A stretch of 60,482 nt of DNA, from positions 1 to 60,482 of the forward strand of contig ONVD01000024.1 of assembly GCA_900321185.1 (NCBI GenBank), read 5' to 3'. Positions 27,125 through 36,450 of this stretch are shown here, piece by piece. The stretch is from an uncultured Eubacteriales bacterium. GTDB taxonomy: Bacteria; Bacillota; Clostridia; Christensenellales; UBA1242. Each line of letters starts with the position of its first letter. The first letter of the stretch is position 1. Both the position numbers and the translations under genes were made by a program. The notes below the pieces were generated by a model. The model saw nothing but the letters and a program-made list of their open reading frames with translations. It did not search any database and was not told the origin of the DNA.

Positions 27125-27406
27125 TTAGGCTTGCTTGTCTTTCTTTTTGGCTTCGGGTATTGCTTCGACCTCTAGTCTCTTAAAACGAACTTTTTCAACG
27201 AAATCTTGAGGAAAGAATGTAGTGGTGTTTAATGTTAAAAAATGCTTGATATGTTTTGATACGACCACAGGTGTAGGCTCGTCTAATGAGTAGCAGGCCT
27301 CATGTAGATAATCTACAAAGTGTTCAGGCTCAAAAGTTTCGTGTGTATCATAAACGACGTTTTTGAGCATTTTTTCTGTATCCATAAATTTTAACCAAAT
27401 CTTCAT
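27125..27406 (-). CDS. hypothetical protein (93 aa)
   Basis: ORF with GGAG-6nt-ATG. No recognised motif. Converges on the bidirectional terminator 27061-27096. Confidence 0.5.
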   Translation of the reverse strand: MKIWLKFMDTEKMLKNVVYDTHETFEPEHFVDYLHEACYSLDEPTPVVVSKHIKHFLTLNTTTFFPQDFVEKVRFKRLEVEAIPEAKKKDKQA

Positions 27407-27527
27407 AATTTGCTCCAAAATTTTATTGTAAATTAATATATCAATCTTTACAATTTTTGTCAACAATGTACAAACGTTTGACAAAAATATTTTTTATTTG
27501 TAAACTTATAAAAAACTGGAGAAATAA

Positions 27528-28718
27528 ATGGAAAAAGTAGCAATATCTAAGTGTGATGAATATGTAGATGACAAAGTTATGGTCGCCCTCAAACAAACTT
27601 TAGATGCATTTGGTGGCGCAAAATCTTTTGTCAAGCCTAATCAACTTGTGGTTATAAAGACAAATATGGTCATAAAACTCCCACCAGAACGCGCTGCTAC
27701 TACGCATCCTCTAGTTGTAGGGTGTCTTGCAAAACTATTTTTGGACTGTGGTGCAAAGGTTGTTGTAGCAGATAGTGCTGGCGGAGCATATAATGACAAA
27801 ACTATGGGTGCCATTTATGATGTTACTGGTATGACAGAGGCGAGTCAAAAATATGGTTTTAAGATGAACGATGATTATGACTATGTATCTGTCGAGCCAA
27901 AAGATGCGGTAGTGGCTAAAAAGTTTAATGTTCTGGATATTCTAGAAAAGGCTGATGTGATAGTCAATGCTTGTAAGTTAAAGACGCATAGTTTTACAGG
28001 CATATCTAACGCTGTAAAAAATATGTTTGGTGCTATACCAGGATTAGACAAAGTACAAATGCATGGACAATTTCAGTCTCTTGATAACTTTTCGGATATG
28101 TTGTTTGACATTTGGGGACATTTTGGCAAAAAACTTGCACTTAATGTCTGTGATGCTGTGATTGGTATGGAAGGTGAGGGACCAACCAACGGCAATCCAC
28201 GTAAAATTGGCGCAATCATTTGCAGTAAAAACCCAGTTGCTGTAGACATAGTAGGGGCACGCATAATGAATGTTGCTCCAACTCAGATACCAACCATTCA
28301 AAAGGGTATAGAACGCAATTATCTAAAAAGTGTTGATGATGTCGAGGTTGTGGGGGATAAGGTAGCAGACCTAATAATCACGGACTTTGATAAGCGTACA
28401 CCCAATCCTTACAAACCCTTTTCGACGAATGTGCCACAATGGTTGCAACCACTTATGCACAAACTAATGACTCAACGTCCGTATGTCAACAAACGTAAAT
28501 GTGTAGGATGTCAGACTTGTTTCCGTCATTGCCCTATGCACGCAATTAGTATGGTGCCTACCAAAAAGGGTGGAGTACCAAAAGCAACTTTTGATTATTC
28601 CAAATGTATAAGATGTTTTTGTTGTCAAGAACTTTGTCCGTATGGGTTGGTTAAAATTAAATCTGGGCTTGGATACAAAATATTACATAAAAAACCTAAA
28701 AAAGAAAAACAAAAATAA
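27528..28718 (+). CDS. DUF362-domain iron-sulfur protein with C-terminal 2x[4Fe-4S] ferredoxin motifs
   Basis: N-terminus VAISKCDEY...VKPNQLVVIKTNMV is typical of DUF362. CVGCQTCFRHCP and CIRCFCCQELCP cluster motifs. Confidence 0.7.
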   Translation: MEKVAISKCDEYVDDKVMVALKQTLDAFGGAKSFVKPNQLVVIKTNMVIKLPPERAATTHPLVVGCLAKLFLDCGAKVVVADSAGGAYNDKTMGAIYDVTGMTEASQKYGFKMNDDYDYVSVEPKDAVVAKKFNVLDILEKADVIVNACKLKTHSFTGISNAVKNMFGAIPGLDKVQMHGQFQSLDNFSDMLFDIWGHFGKKLALNVCDAVIGMEGEGPTNGNPRKIGAIICSKNPVAVDIVGARIMNVAPTQIPTIQKGIERNYLKSVDDVEVVGDKVADLIITDFDKRTPNPYKPFSTNVPQWLQPLMHKLMTQRPYVNKRKCVGCQTCFRHCPMHAISMVPTKKGGVPKATFDYSKCIRCFCCQELCPYGLVKIKSGLGYKILHKKPKKEKQK

Positions 28719-28886
28719 TGTATAAACATGTACCTTTGCGCATACAATTTTGTGATACTGTATCAAAAAATCTGTTAATAATACTTGACTGATTTTGTTT
28801 TGTGTAGTATAATTACCGTCACAAAAAGATTGACGCCGTTTTTGGTGTTAATTTTTTTGATTGTACTTTTAGGAGTGTGCTTAAAT

Positions 28887-29363
28887 ATGGAAAATCATGT
28901 TGTACTGACAAAAGAAGGATTAAAGCAATTACAAGAAAGACTCGAATATCTAAAGAACGTAAAACGTCCCGAGTGCACAAAGGCAATTGCAGCAGCACGT
29001 GCTTTTGGTGACTTGAGTGAAAATAGTGAATACGTTGCTGCTAAAGAAGAGCAAAGTATGTGCGAGTCCGAGATAAATGAATTGGAAGAAAAGATTCGTA
29101 ATGCCAAAATTATCAACGCTGGAGATATAGATGCTAGCAAAGTCAGCCTTGGTTGCACTGTAACGTTGCAAGACTTGACATTTGATGAAAAATTGGAATA
29201 CAAATTAGTAGGTTCTACCGAAAGTGACCCCGCTAACGGTCTATTGTCAAACGAGAGCCCAGCAGGTAAAGCGTTGCTCGGCGCTAAAGTAGGCGATATA
29301 GTAGAATACGAATCTATCAACGCTGGCGTGATTAGACTCAAAATTTTAGCAATAAAAGCGTAA
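28887..29363 (+). CDS. greA: transcription elongation factor GreA
   Basis: Start trimmed to MENHVVLTKEGLKQLQERLEYLK...AAARAFGDLSENSEYVAAKEEQ after AGGAG. Canonical GreA coiled-coil tip DLSEN.EY. Confidence 0.93.
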   Translation: MENHVVLTKEGLKQLQERLEYLKNVKRPECTKAIAAARAFGDLSENSEYVAAKEEQSMCESEINELEEKIRNAKIINAGDIDASKVSLGCTVTLQDLTFDEKLEYKLVGSTESDPANGLLSNESPAGKALLGAKVGDIVEYESINAGVIRLKILAIKA

Positions 29364-29445
29364 ATATGATTAATAAAAATAAGAATTATGTTCTTATTTT
29401 TTTGTTTTGTAGATTAATTTGCAAAAATTAGCGTAAATTAAACTT

Positions 29446-31038
29446 ATGACAAAACAAACTTTGACTACAGGTGTAGTTGTATTAGTGTTAGGTGGTTTGA
29501 TTGCAAAAATATTTGGTGGAATATATCGTATACCGCTAACATGGGTATTGGGTACACAAGGTTTGGGGATATATCAATTGGTGTATCCTATTTTTTCGCT
29601 ATTGTTAGTGTTATCTAGTACAACAGCCCCAACTGCTATTAGCACAATGATTGCCGAACGTGTAGGCAAACATCAATATGCTAGCATAGACAAAATATTT
29701 CGTCTAAGTTTGATAAGTTTGTTAACATTAGGTATATTAGCGGGCATAAGTCTGAGTCTTTTTAGTACATCTATCGCTAGTTTGCAAGGTAATCTTAGTG
29801 CCAAATGGTGCTATGTATGTATCTCTATTGCGATACCTTTGGTATCTATTCTTAGTACATACCGAGGATATTTTCAAGGTCTATTAAATATGACGCCTAC
29901 TGCGGTTAGTCAAGTGGTAGAGCAAGTGGGTAAACTTGTTTTCGGTTTGTTGTTGGCTATATTATTCCGCTCAGTGAGTGTAGAGTTTGCCACATTAGGC
30001 GCTGTGGCTGGTGTAGTTGTTAGTGAAATGTTGGCTGTTTTGTTCGTGATTATTTATGCTAGCATTCATAAAAGCCAGCGTTATACAGAGATTAACACTG
30101 CGCAAAATATCAACAATGAATCCACAAAGGACTTGTTCAAAGAACTTGTACGCAACGCAACACCAATCTTACTATGTGGATTTGTATTGCCTGTATTACA
30201 AGTAGTAGATAGTTTGTTGGTAGTCAAACTTTTGGGCAATGCTGGTATTGATAGTGTAGTGGCAACCAAAATGTGGGGCATAAACTCTGGAGTTGTTAAC
30301 TCTCTAATCAATCTTCCAGTTGCTCTGACTCTCTGTGTTGCAGTCTCTGTAGCACCCAACCTACGTAATGGCTTGGGAAACAAACAAGAGACTTTGGATA
30401 AAATAACGTTAGCGCACAAAATATCTATCAATATTGCTTTGCCTTGTATGGTTGTGCTGTCGGTGCTTGCTAGTCTCATTATTCCATTTTTGTATCAACA
30501 TACACTAGGTGACTCGATATTAGATGAAACTAATTTAGCGATTAATTTATTAGTATTTAATACACCTTTTATCTTAATTATTGCCCTTATGCAAGTTCAA
30601 AATGCTAGTCTACAAGGTCTAAAGTTGTCCAAAGTGCCACTTATCAATATGTTTGTTGCGGGTGTAGTTAAATTGGCTGTAATGTTAGTTTTAACACAAA
30701 ACCCAACTTTTAATATCTATGGAGTGGCACTTGCTAATGTATTGTTTTATATTTTTGCGTTTGTATTAAATGATGTCTACATGCATACAAAGTTGGGTTG
30801 GAAGATGGAGTATCGTCAACTTTTACCATGTGTAATTGCCTGTGCGGTTGTTGCGTTGTATTTATGGGTAGGTACTTTGGCGTTTGAATATATGAATATA
30901 TACATACAACTTCCTTTGTTGTTACTAATTGGCGTCAGTGTTTATTTTTCTACTTTGTGGGCAACTGGAGGTGCCGAGTTTTTGTTAAGTTTTGTCAAAA
31001 AGTTCAAAAAACGTGTTTACGACCGCCCTCGAACGTAA
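29446..31038 (+). CDS. MOP-superfamily flippase, SpoVB/MurJ-like
   Basis: 530 aa with ~14 TM helices. The N-terminal third is collinear with B. subtilis SpoVB (MTKQT..., RGYFQGLLNMTPTAVSQVVEQ). Confidence 0.7.
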   Translation: MTKQTLTTGVVVLVLGGLIAKIFGGIYRIPLTWVLGTQGLGIYQLVYPIFSLLLVLSSTTAPTAISTMIAERVGKHQYASIDKIFRLSLISLLTLGILAGISLSLFSTSIASLQGNLSAKWCYVCISIAIPLVSILSTYRGYFQGLLNMTPTAVSQVVEQVGKLVFGLLLAILFRSVSVEFATLGAVAGVVVSEMLAVLFVIIYASIHKSQRYTEINTAQNINNESTKDLFKELVRNATPILLCGFVLPVLQVVDSLLVVKLLGNAGIDSVVATKMWGINSGVVNSLINLPVALTLCVAVSVAPNLRNGLGNKQETLDKITLAHKISINIALPCMVVLSVLASLIIPFLYQHTLGDSILDETNLAINLLVFNTPFILIIALMQVQNASLQGLKLSKVPLINMFVAGVVKLAVMLVLTQNPTFNIYGVALANVLFYIFAFVLNDVYMHTKLGWKMEYRQLLPCVIACAVVALYLWVGTLAFEYMNIYIQLPLLLLIGVSVYFSTLWATGGAEFLLSFVKKFKKRVYDRPRT

Positions 31039-31062
31039 ATAATGTGGCATAGGAGGAGTTAA

Positions 31063-31335
31063 ATGAATAAAACAGAATTAATTAGGTCAGTTAGCCAACA
31101 ATCCAAACTTAGTCAGCGAGATTGTAGTTTGTGCTTGCGTACTTTAAAGCAAGTAGTAGAGGATAGCCTTAAGCGAGGCGAAACCATCCACCTTAGTGGG
31201 TTTGGACGATTTTGTACACGTTTTCGTGCAGAAAGACAAGGTGTTCATCCCGTTACGCATGATTTGGTGCTGTATCCAGCAAAATACGTACCAATTTTTT
31301 ATCCCAGTTCCCTATTAAAGGCAAAAATTCATTAA
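31063..31335 (+). CDS. HU/IHF-family DNA-binding protein, divergent paralogue
   Basis: MNKTELIRSV...LSGFGRF..R.RAERQGVHPVT. HU fold signature, but the arm and C-terminus deviate from consensus. Confidence 0.75.
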   Translation: MNKTELIRSVSQQSKLSQRDCSLCLRTLKQVVEDSLKRGETIHLSGFGRFCTRFRAERQGVHPVTHDLVLYPAKYVPIFYPSSLLKAKIH

Positions 31336-31340
31336 AAATG

Positions 31341-31360
31341 CCCCCAAAATGGGGTTTTTT
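31341..31360 (+). terminator. terminator after the first HU paralogue
   Basis: CCCCA-aaa-TGGGG followed by TTTTTT. Confidence 0.6.
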
Positions 31361-31454
31361 GCTTATTTTTACCAAAAAACTGATTAAAATCGTTTGTTAA
31401 AGGCATTTTTTTATGCTACAATTAAATATCATATTTGAAAGGAGAAATAATAAT

Positions 31455-31730
31455 ATGAACAAACAAGAATTTATTTCTGCAGTTGCAGAATCAACTGGCG
31501 CTAGCCAAGCAGAAGTTGCAAGAGTTATCAACGCTAGTATCAGCGAGATTACCTCAGCACTTTCAAAAGGTGAGGATGTTGTATTTACAAGCTTTGGTAC
31601 ATTCAAAGCAGTTAAAAAAGCTGCTCGTACTGGTATTAACCCAGCAACAAAGCAAAAGATACAAATTCCTGCAAAAGTTGCTCCATCTTTCAAAGCTGGC
31701 AAAGCACTCAAAGATGCAATCAACAAATAG
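31455..31730 (+). CDS. hup: DNA-binding protein HU
   Basis: MNKQEFISAVAE...FTSFGTFKAVKKAARTGINPATKQKIQIPAKVAPSFKAGKALKDAI, canonical HU. Confidence 0.93.
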   Translation: MNKQEFISAVAESTGASQAEVARVINASISEITSALSKGEDVVFTSFGTFKAVKKAARTGINPATKQKIQIPAKVAPSFKAGKALKDAINK

Positions 31731-31745
31731 TCTTGGTGTTTTAAA

Positions 31746-31772
31746 AGAGCGTATTAGTCTACGCTCTTTTTT
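31746..31772 (+). terminator. terminator after hup
   Basis: AGAGCGTA-ttagtc-TACGCTCT followed by TTTTT. Confidence 0.75.
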
Positions 31773-31813
31773 ATTTGACTTTTTGTAGAAATTTTGTTAC
31801 ACTATCTCACATT

Positions 31814-32770
31814 ATGAAAAGTGATTTAAAGATTAAAGATGTAAGTTTACGCAGTCCATTTACATTAGCCCCAATGGCGGGTTTTACAGATGTGGCTTTC
31901 CGTAGTATTTGCACAGAGGCGGGTGCTGGATTAACAGTGACTGAGATGATATCCGTTAGAGGTTTGCTATATGGACAACAGGCCACTAATGATCTATTGT
32001 ATACCCAAGATAATGAGACTCCAAAAGCGGTACAATTGTTCACCAATGAGCCAGATATGCTACGCGACGCAGTACAGTTGCCCATATTACAAAAATTTGA
32101 TATTATTGATATCAATATGGGGTGTCCTATGCCCAAGATAGCGGGCAATGGTATGGGCTCTAGTTTGTTAAAGAATGTAGACCTAGCAAAGTATTTGGTC
32201 GAAAGTGCCGTTTTGCATACTAAAAAACCAGTAACCGTCAAAATGCGTATAGGCATACAAGGCATGTCGGTTAGCCCGCTAGATTTTGCAAAAGCGTTGC
32301 AAGATGCCGGAGCAAGTGCTTTGGTGGTGCATGGGCGTACTCGTGAACAAATGTATACAGGACTAGCTGATTGGGATATGATTAACCAGATTGCATCTAC
32401 CTTAACAATACCTGTTTTTGGAAATGGTGACGTTTGGACTCCAGAAGATGCGCAAAAGCGACTAGACGCTAGCGAGTGTGCAGGTGTCTGTATAGGTAGA
32501 GGAGCGCTTGGCAACCCATATATTTTTAGCAAACTCACGCATACTCCGTTTGATTACACTCCTATGCAAGTGATACAAAAACATTTTGATATTTTGTTAA
32601 GGTATCATCCTATGGAGTTAGTGTTGCCGTATATGCGTAAACATTTGGGATACTATATTAAAAATATCAAGGGATGCAAGGAGATTAGAGACAAGATTAA
32701 TCGTTCGTTAGATTTGGACGAAATTATGTATTTGTTAAGTCTAGCTTTTGATGAAAATAAAAAAAAGTAG
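31814..32770 (+). CDS. dus: tRNA-dihydrouridine synthase
   Basis: LAPMAGFTDVAFR, IDINMGCP, VTVKMRIG and HGRTREQMY motifs. Start at the first ATG, with no clear SD. Confidence 0.88.
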   Translation: MKSDLKIKDVSLRSPFTLAPMAGFTDVAFRSICTEAGAGLTVTEMISVRGLLYGQQATNDLLYTQDNETPKAVQLFTNEPDMLRDAVQLPILQKFDIIDINMGCPMPKIAGNGMGSSLLKNVDLAKYLVESAVLHTKKPVTVKMRIGIQGMSVSPLDFAKALQDAGASALVVHGRTREQMYTGLADWDMINQIASTLTIPVFGNGDVWTPEDAQKRLDASECAGVCIGRGALGNPYIFSKLTHTPFDYTPMQVIQKHFDILLRYHPMELVLPYMRKHLGYYIKNIKGCKEIRDKINRSLDLDEIMYLLSLAFDENKKK

Positions 32771-32838
32771 TAAAATCATTTGCTACTTTTTATTTTATTT
32801 AGTATATTTAGTTTGTATAAGATTAAAAGGTAAGATTT

Positions 32839-34488
32839 ATGAGCGACATTATCTACAATATTATTGTAATACTTGCAGGTCTTGGCGTGTCGTTGTATGG
32901 CTTTGCTGTGTTGCGCGAAGGTATGGAGACCTCGTTAGGTACGGGCTTTAAGAGGATGATTGGCAAACTTTCGGACAGACACTTTGCTGGCTATTGCGTA
33001 ACTGCGGGTATGACTGGTTTGTGGCAGACCACGACATTAACACTGTCTATGACTGCTAGTTTCCTCAACATTGGCACTATTGGCATGACTCAGGGTGTTG
33101 TTTTGTTGCTAGGTGCAGAATTGGGCTCGGCACTTGGCATAGTGCTAATTGCGTTTCAATCTATTGACCTTATGAAAATTTTGTCAATTTTGTGTGTTGT
33201 AGGCGCTTTTATGTTAATGTTTACCAAATCACACAAAATGCAACAATTTTCGCAGAGCATAATGGGCTTTGGCTTGTTGTTTGCTGGAATTGCTTGGTTG
33301 AGTGATGGTATGAGTGCCTTTGTAAATGACGAAGGCATGTATAATGCGATTGCTCAAATAGCAAACCCTGTGGTATTGTTTTTGATTGGTGCGATTGTTA
33401 GTATTGTTACTAACAGCATGTATGCGACTGTAGCAATAATTACTGCATTGGTAGGTGCCACTGGCGAAGGGCCATTGACCATAATGGATGGTGTATATAT
33501 GTTGTTTGGCGCAACTGCTGTGGGTGGTATTGTGCCAATGTTGTATTGCATCAGTAACTCTTCACGTGAGAGTAAGGCTATGTTGTTAGGTTACAACTTG
33601 TTCAAGGTCTTTGCGACTATCATGTTTGTTTTGTTAAGTTTTGTTCCGTGGATGATACCGCTGTATGACTTGATAGGACATCAGACATCGGCGTACATGG
33701 TGATAATGTACTTGCTTATGATGTTGATTCCGGGATCGTTACTGTTGCCACTTAGTGGACCTTTGGGTAGGATGTTGTTAAAAATGATTCCCAAGAACAA
33801 AAAGACGGCCAGTGTTTATGATACTTTTGTGCCAGATGAAAATTCACTGAAGTTGTTTAGTGTGGCATTACCTTGGCTAGTGAATAATGTTTTCCGCATT
33901 ATTGACATGGAAACTAAACTTATGACCAAGGTAATAACTCGCTTGGGTGAAAAACTTTATGACGATAAAGGTTTGCAAAGTGAGATTAAGGGCTTGGAAA
34001 AAATTATAAGGTTGACCACAAATACAGCGATTAGACTAAGTGCCAAATTAAATGATGATGATTTGGCAAAACTTAATGTTGTGCTGAATATCACCAACGA
34101 TGCAAGCCACTATCTAGAAAGGATAGTTAAGGTTAACTCTTATGGACAGAGATACAAAGTAAAAGCTCACAAACTAACAAAAGAGCAATATGCCAACCTA
34201 GATAATATGTGGCAAAACATCAGTGATTTGTCACAACAATTGTGTATGCTGGCACAAGATATGTTGCAAAACAATTTGGTACTCAACAACCAAAGCCTTG
34301 GTAAGGTGCTGACCTTGGGACAGTCTAATGAAATATTGAATACAGTCTTTCGTAAGAATGTGTTTACCAATGGTGGCTTTAAGGTGAACGGCGAATATGG
34401 GCTTTATTTTGACATTCTTTTGGAGTTCGAGAATATCAACACAGACTTGTCCAATACGGCCATAAAAATAGGGGCTTTATCAAATTAG
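32839..34488 (+). CDS. Na/Pi cotransporter-family membrane protein with PhoU-like C-terminal domain
   Basis: About 8 TM helices with a duplicated QTTTLT-type motif region, then a ~200-aa soluble helical C-terminus. Confidence 0.65.
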   Translation: MSDIIYNIIVILAGLGVSLYGFAVLREGMETSLGTGFKRMIGKLSDRHFAGYCVTAGMTGLWQTTTLTLSMTASFLNIGTIGMTQGVVLLLGAELGSALGIVLIAFQSIDLMKILSILCVVGAFMLMFTKSHKMQQFSQSIMGFGLLFAGIAWLSDGMSAFVNDEGMYNAIAQIANPVVLFLIGAIVSIVTNSMYATVAIITALVGATGEGPLTIMDGVYMLFGATAVGGIVPMLYCISNSSRESKAMLLGYNLFKVFATIMFVLLSFVPWMIPLYDLIGHQTSAYMVIMYLLMMLIPGSLLLPLSGPLGRMLLKMIPKNKKTASVYDTFVPDENSLKLFSVALPWLVNNVFRIIDMETKLMTKVITRLGEKLYDDKGLQSEIKGLEKIIRLTTNTAIRLSAKLNDDDLAKLNVVLNITNDASHYLERIVKVNSYGQRYKVKAHKLTKEQYANLDNMWQNISDLSQQLCMLAQDMLQNNLVLNNQSLGKVLTLGQSNEILNTVFRKNVFTNGGFKVNGEYGLYFDILLEFENINTDLSNTAIKIGALSN

Positions 34489-34500
34489 GAGGGAATAATT

Positions 34501-35694
34501 ATGTTTAACAAAATGACATTAAGAGATTATGTTCTAAAGGGTAAAAAAGTCTTGTTAAGGGTGGACTACAATGTCCCCCTCAACTCTAACTTAAAGATTA
34601 CTAATGATAGGCGTATTCGTGAATCTATCCCAACCATTCAATATCTACTTGACCAACAAGCCCAGATAATTATTTGCAGTCACTTAGGGCGTCCAGAGGG
34701 CAAAGTTATGCCTGAGTTTAGTTTGGCACCAGTAGCCGAAAGATTAAGGGAGTTGATAAAAAAACCAGTTATCTTGACTAACGATGTGGCAGATACAGAT
34801 ACATTTAAGTTTGTTCGTAGCATGAAAGATGGCGACATTGTAATGATGGAAAATTTGCGATTTGACCCAGGTGAAGAGTCTAACGACCCAGATTTTGTTA
34901 GACGCCTAGCATCTGTTGGTGAGATATACTGTGATGATGCATTTGGTGCAATGCACCGCGAACATGCTAGTGTTGTAGGTGTGGCAAAAGTTATGCCTAG
35001 TTGTGTAGGGTTGCTTGCCGAAAAAGAATTAAAGACCTTTGATAAGATATTAAATGATCCAGCAAAGCCTTTTGTGGTGTTGGTGGGAGGGTCTAAAGTA
35101 AAGGACAAAATCGACCTTATTGACAATCTATTAGATAAGGCAGATACCATCATGATAGGTGGTGCTATGGCGTATACATTCTTGCGCGCCAAAGGATACA
35201 ATTTGGGTAAATCTTTAGTCGAAAAAGACAAAATACCTATGGCAAAACAAATATTAGAGAAAGCTGAAAAGTTAGGCACAAGGTTTTTGTTGCCAGTTGA
35301 CCACGTAGCTACTACAGAGTTTAGTTTTGCGGCAGAAAGTATGGTTGTCAGCACCGACAAATTCCCTCGCTCACTAATGGGGTTGGATATTGGACCAAAA
35401 ACTTTAGCTATCTACAAGCGTTTTGTGTCTAGAGCCAAGACTGTATTTTGGAATGGGCCTATGGGAGTATTTGAGTTCCAAAAGTTTGCCAAGGGTACTA
35501 ACGAGATTGCCAAAGCTATGGCAAAGTCCCCTTACATGACTATAGTTGGTGGTGGTGACACCATTTCGGCTGTGGAAGGGCTAGAATTACAGGACAAAAT
35601 TAAGTTTATATCCACTGGAGGCGGAGCTAGCCTTAGGTTGATGGAAGGTAAGAGTTTACCAGGCGTAGAGGCTGTTCAAGATAAATTTGATTAG
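34501..35694 (+). CDS. pgk: phosphoglycerate kinase
   Basis: RVDYNVP, SHLGRP and GGGDT..A motifs. Part of a glycolytic operon with tpiA and gpmI. Confidence 0.96.
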   Translation: MFNKMTLRDYVLKGKKVLLRVDYNVPLNSNLKITNDRRIRESIPTIQYLLDQQAQIIICSHLGRPEGKVMPEFSLAPVAERLRELIKKPVILTNDVADTDTFKFVRSMKDGDIVMMENLRFDPGEESNDPDFVRRLASVGEIYCDDAFGAMHREHASVVGVAKVMPSCVGLLAEKELKTFDKILNDPAKPFVVLVGGSKVKDKIDLIDNLLDKADTIMIGGAMAYTFLRAKGYNLGKSLVEKDKIPMAKQILEKAEKLGTRFLLPVDHVATTEFSFAAESMVVSTDKFPRSLMGLDIGPKTLAIYKRFVSRAKTVFWNGPMGVFEFQKFAKGTNEIAKAMAKSPYMTIVGGGDTISAVEGLELQDKIKFISTGGGASLRLMEGKSLPGVEAVQDKFD

Positions 35695-35702
35695 GAGTAT
35701 TT

Positions 35703-36440
35703 ATGAAATATATAATAGCAAACTGGAAAATGTCGATAGATGACGCTAAAATTGATAAGTTTTTAAATACTCTAAAAACTCAAGTATCCTCAAAAAATGT
35801 TGTATGTGGTGTTGCGACTCCATTTGTGTATATCAACAAAGTTTTACCAACTTTGTCTCAATACCATTGGCTGGTAGGTGCTCAAAATGTTAGTTTTGCT
35901 GAAAGTGGCGCATATACAGGTGAGATAAGTGCCAAAATGTTAAGAGAGCAAGGGGTTAACTTTTGCATTGTGGGTCATAGTGAACGTCGGGTAATGTTCG
36001 GCGAAACTGATGAGATTGTGAATACAAAAATACAACGTTTGCTAGAGCAAAACCTGACACCACTACTTTGTATTGGCGAAACATTAGAACAACACGAACA
36101 AAACAAAACTAATTTAGTATTAAAAAAGCAACTCCAGAGTGACTTGGCGGACATTAAGTATGTAGACAAACTAATTATTGCATACGAACCAGTCTGGGCA
36201 ATTGGCACAGGCAAGAGTGCCTCTACAAAGGATATACAGCAAAATATACTGTTTATTAAGCAAACTTTAGGCAAAATGTACGGAGACAAGTCGCAAGATA
36301 TCACTGTGCTGTATGGTGGTAGCGTCAATCCCAAAAACGCCCAATCGATATTTTTGCTTAATTGTGTTGATGGTGCGTTGGTTGGTGGGGCTAGTCTTGA
36401 TTGCCAAAAGTTTTTGGATATTGTACACAGTATGCAATAA
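35703..36440 (+). CDS. tpiA: triose-phosphate isomerase
   Basis: ANWKM, VGHSERR, AYEPVWAIGTG and YGGS motifs. Confidence 0.96.
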   Translation: MKYIIANWKMSIDDAKIDKFLNTLKTQVSSKNVVCGVATPFVYINKVLPTLSQYHWLVGAQNVSFAESGAYTGEISAKMLREQGVNFCIVGHSERRVMFGETDEIVNTKIQRLLEQNLTPLLCIGETLEQHEQNKTNLVLKKQLQSDLADIKYVDKLIIAYEPVWAIGTGKSASTKDIQQNILFIKQTLGKMYGDKSQDITVLYGGSVNPKNAQSIFLLNCVDGALVGGASLDCQKFLDIVHSMQ

Positions 36441-36450
36441 GGAGAGGTTT

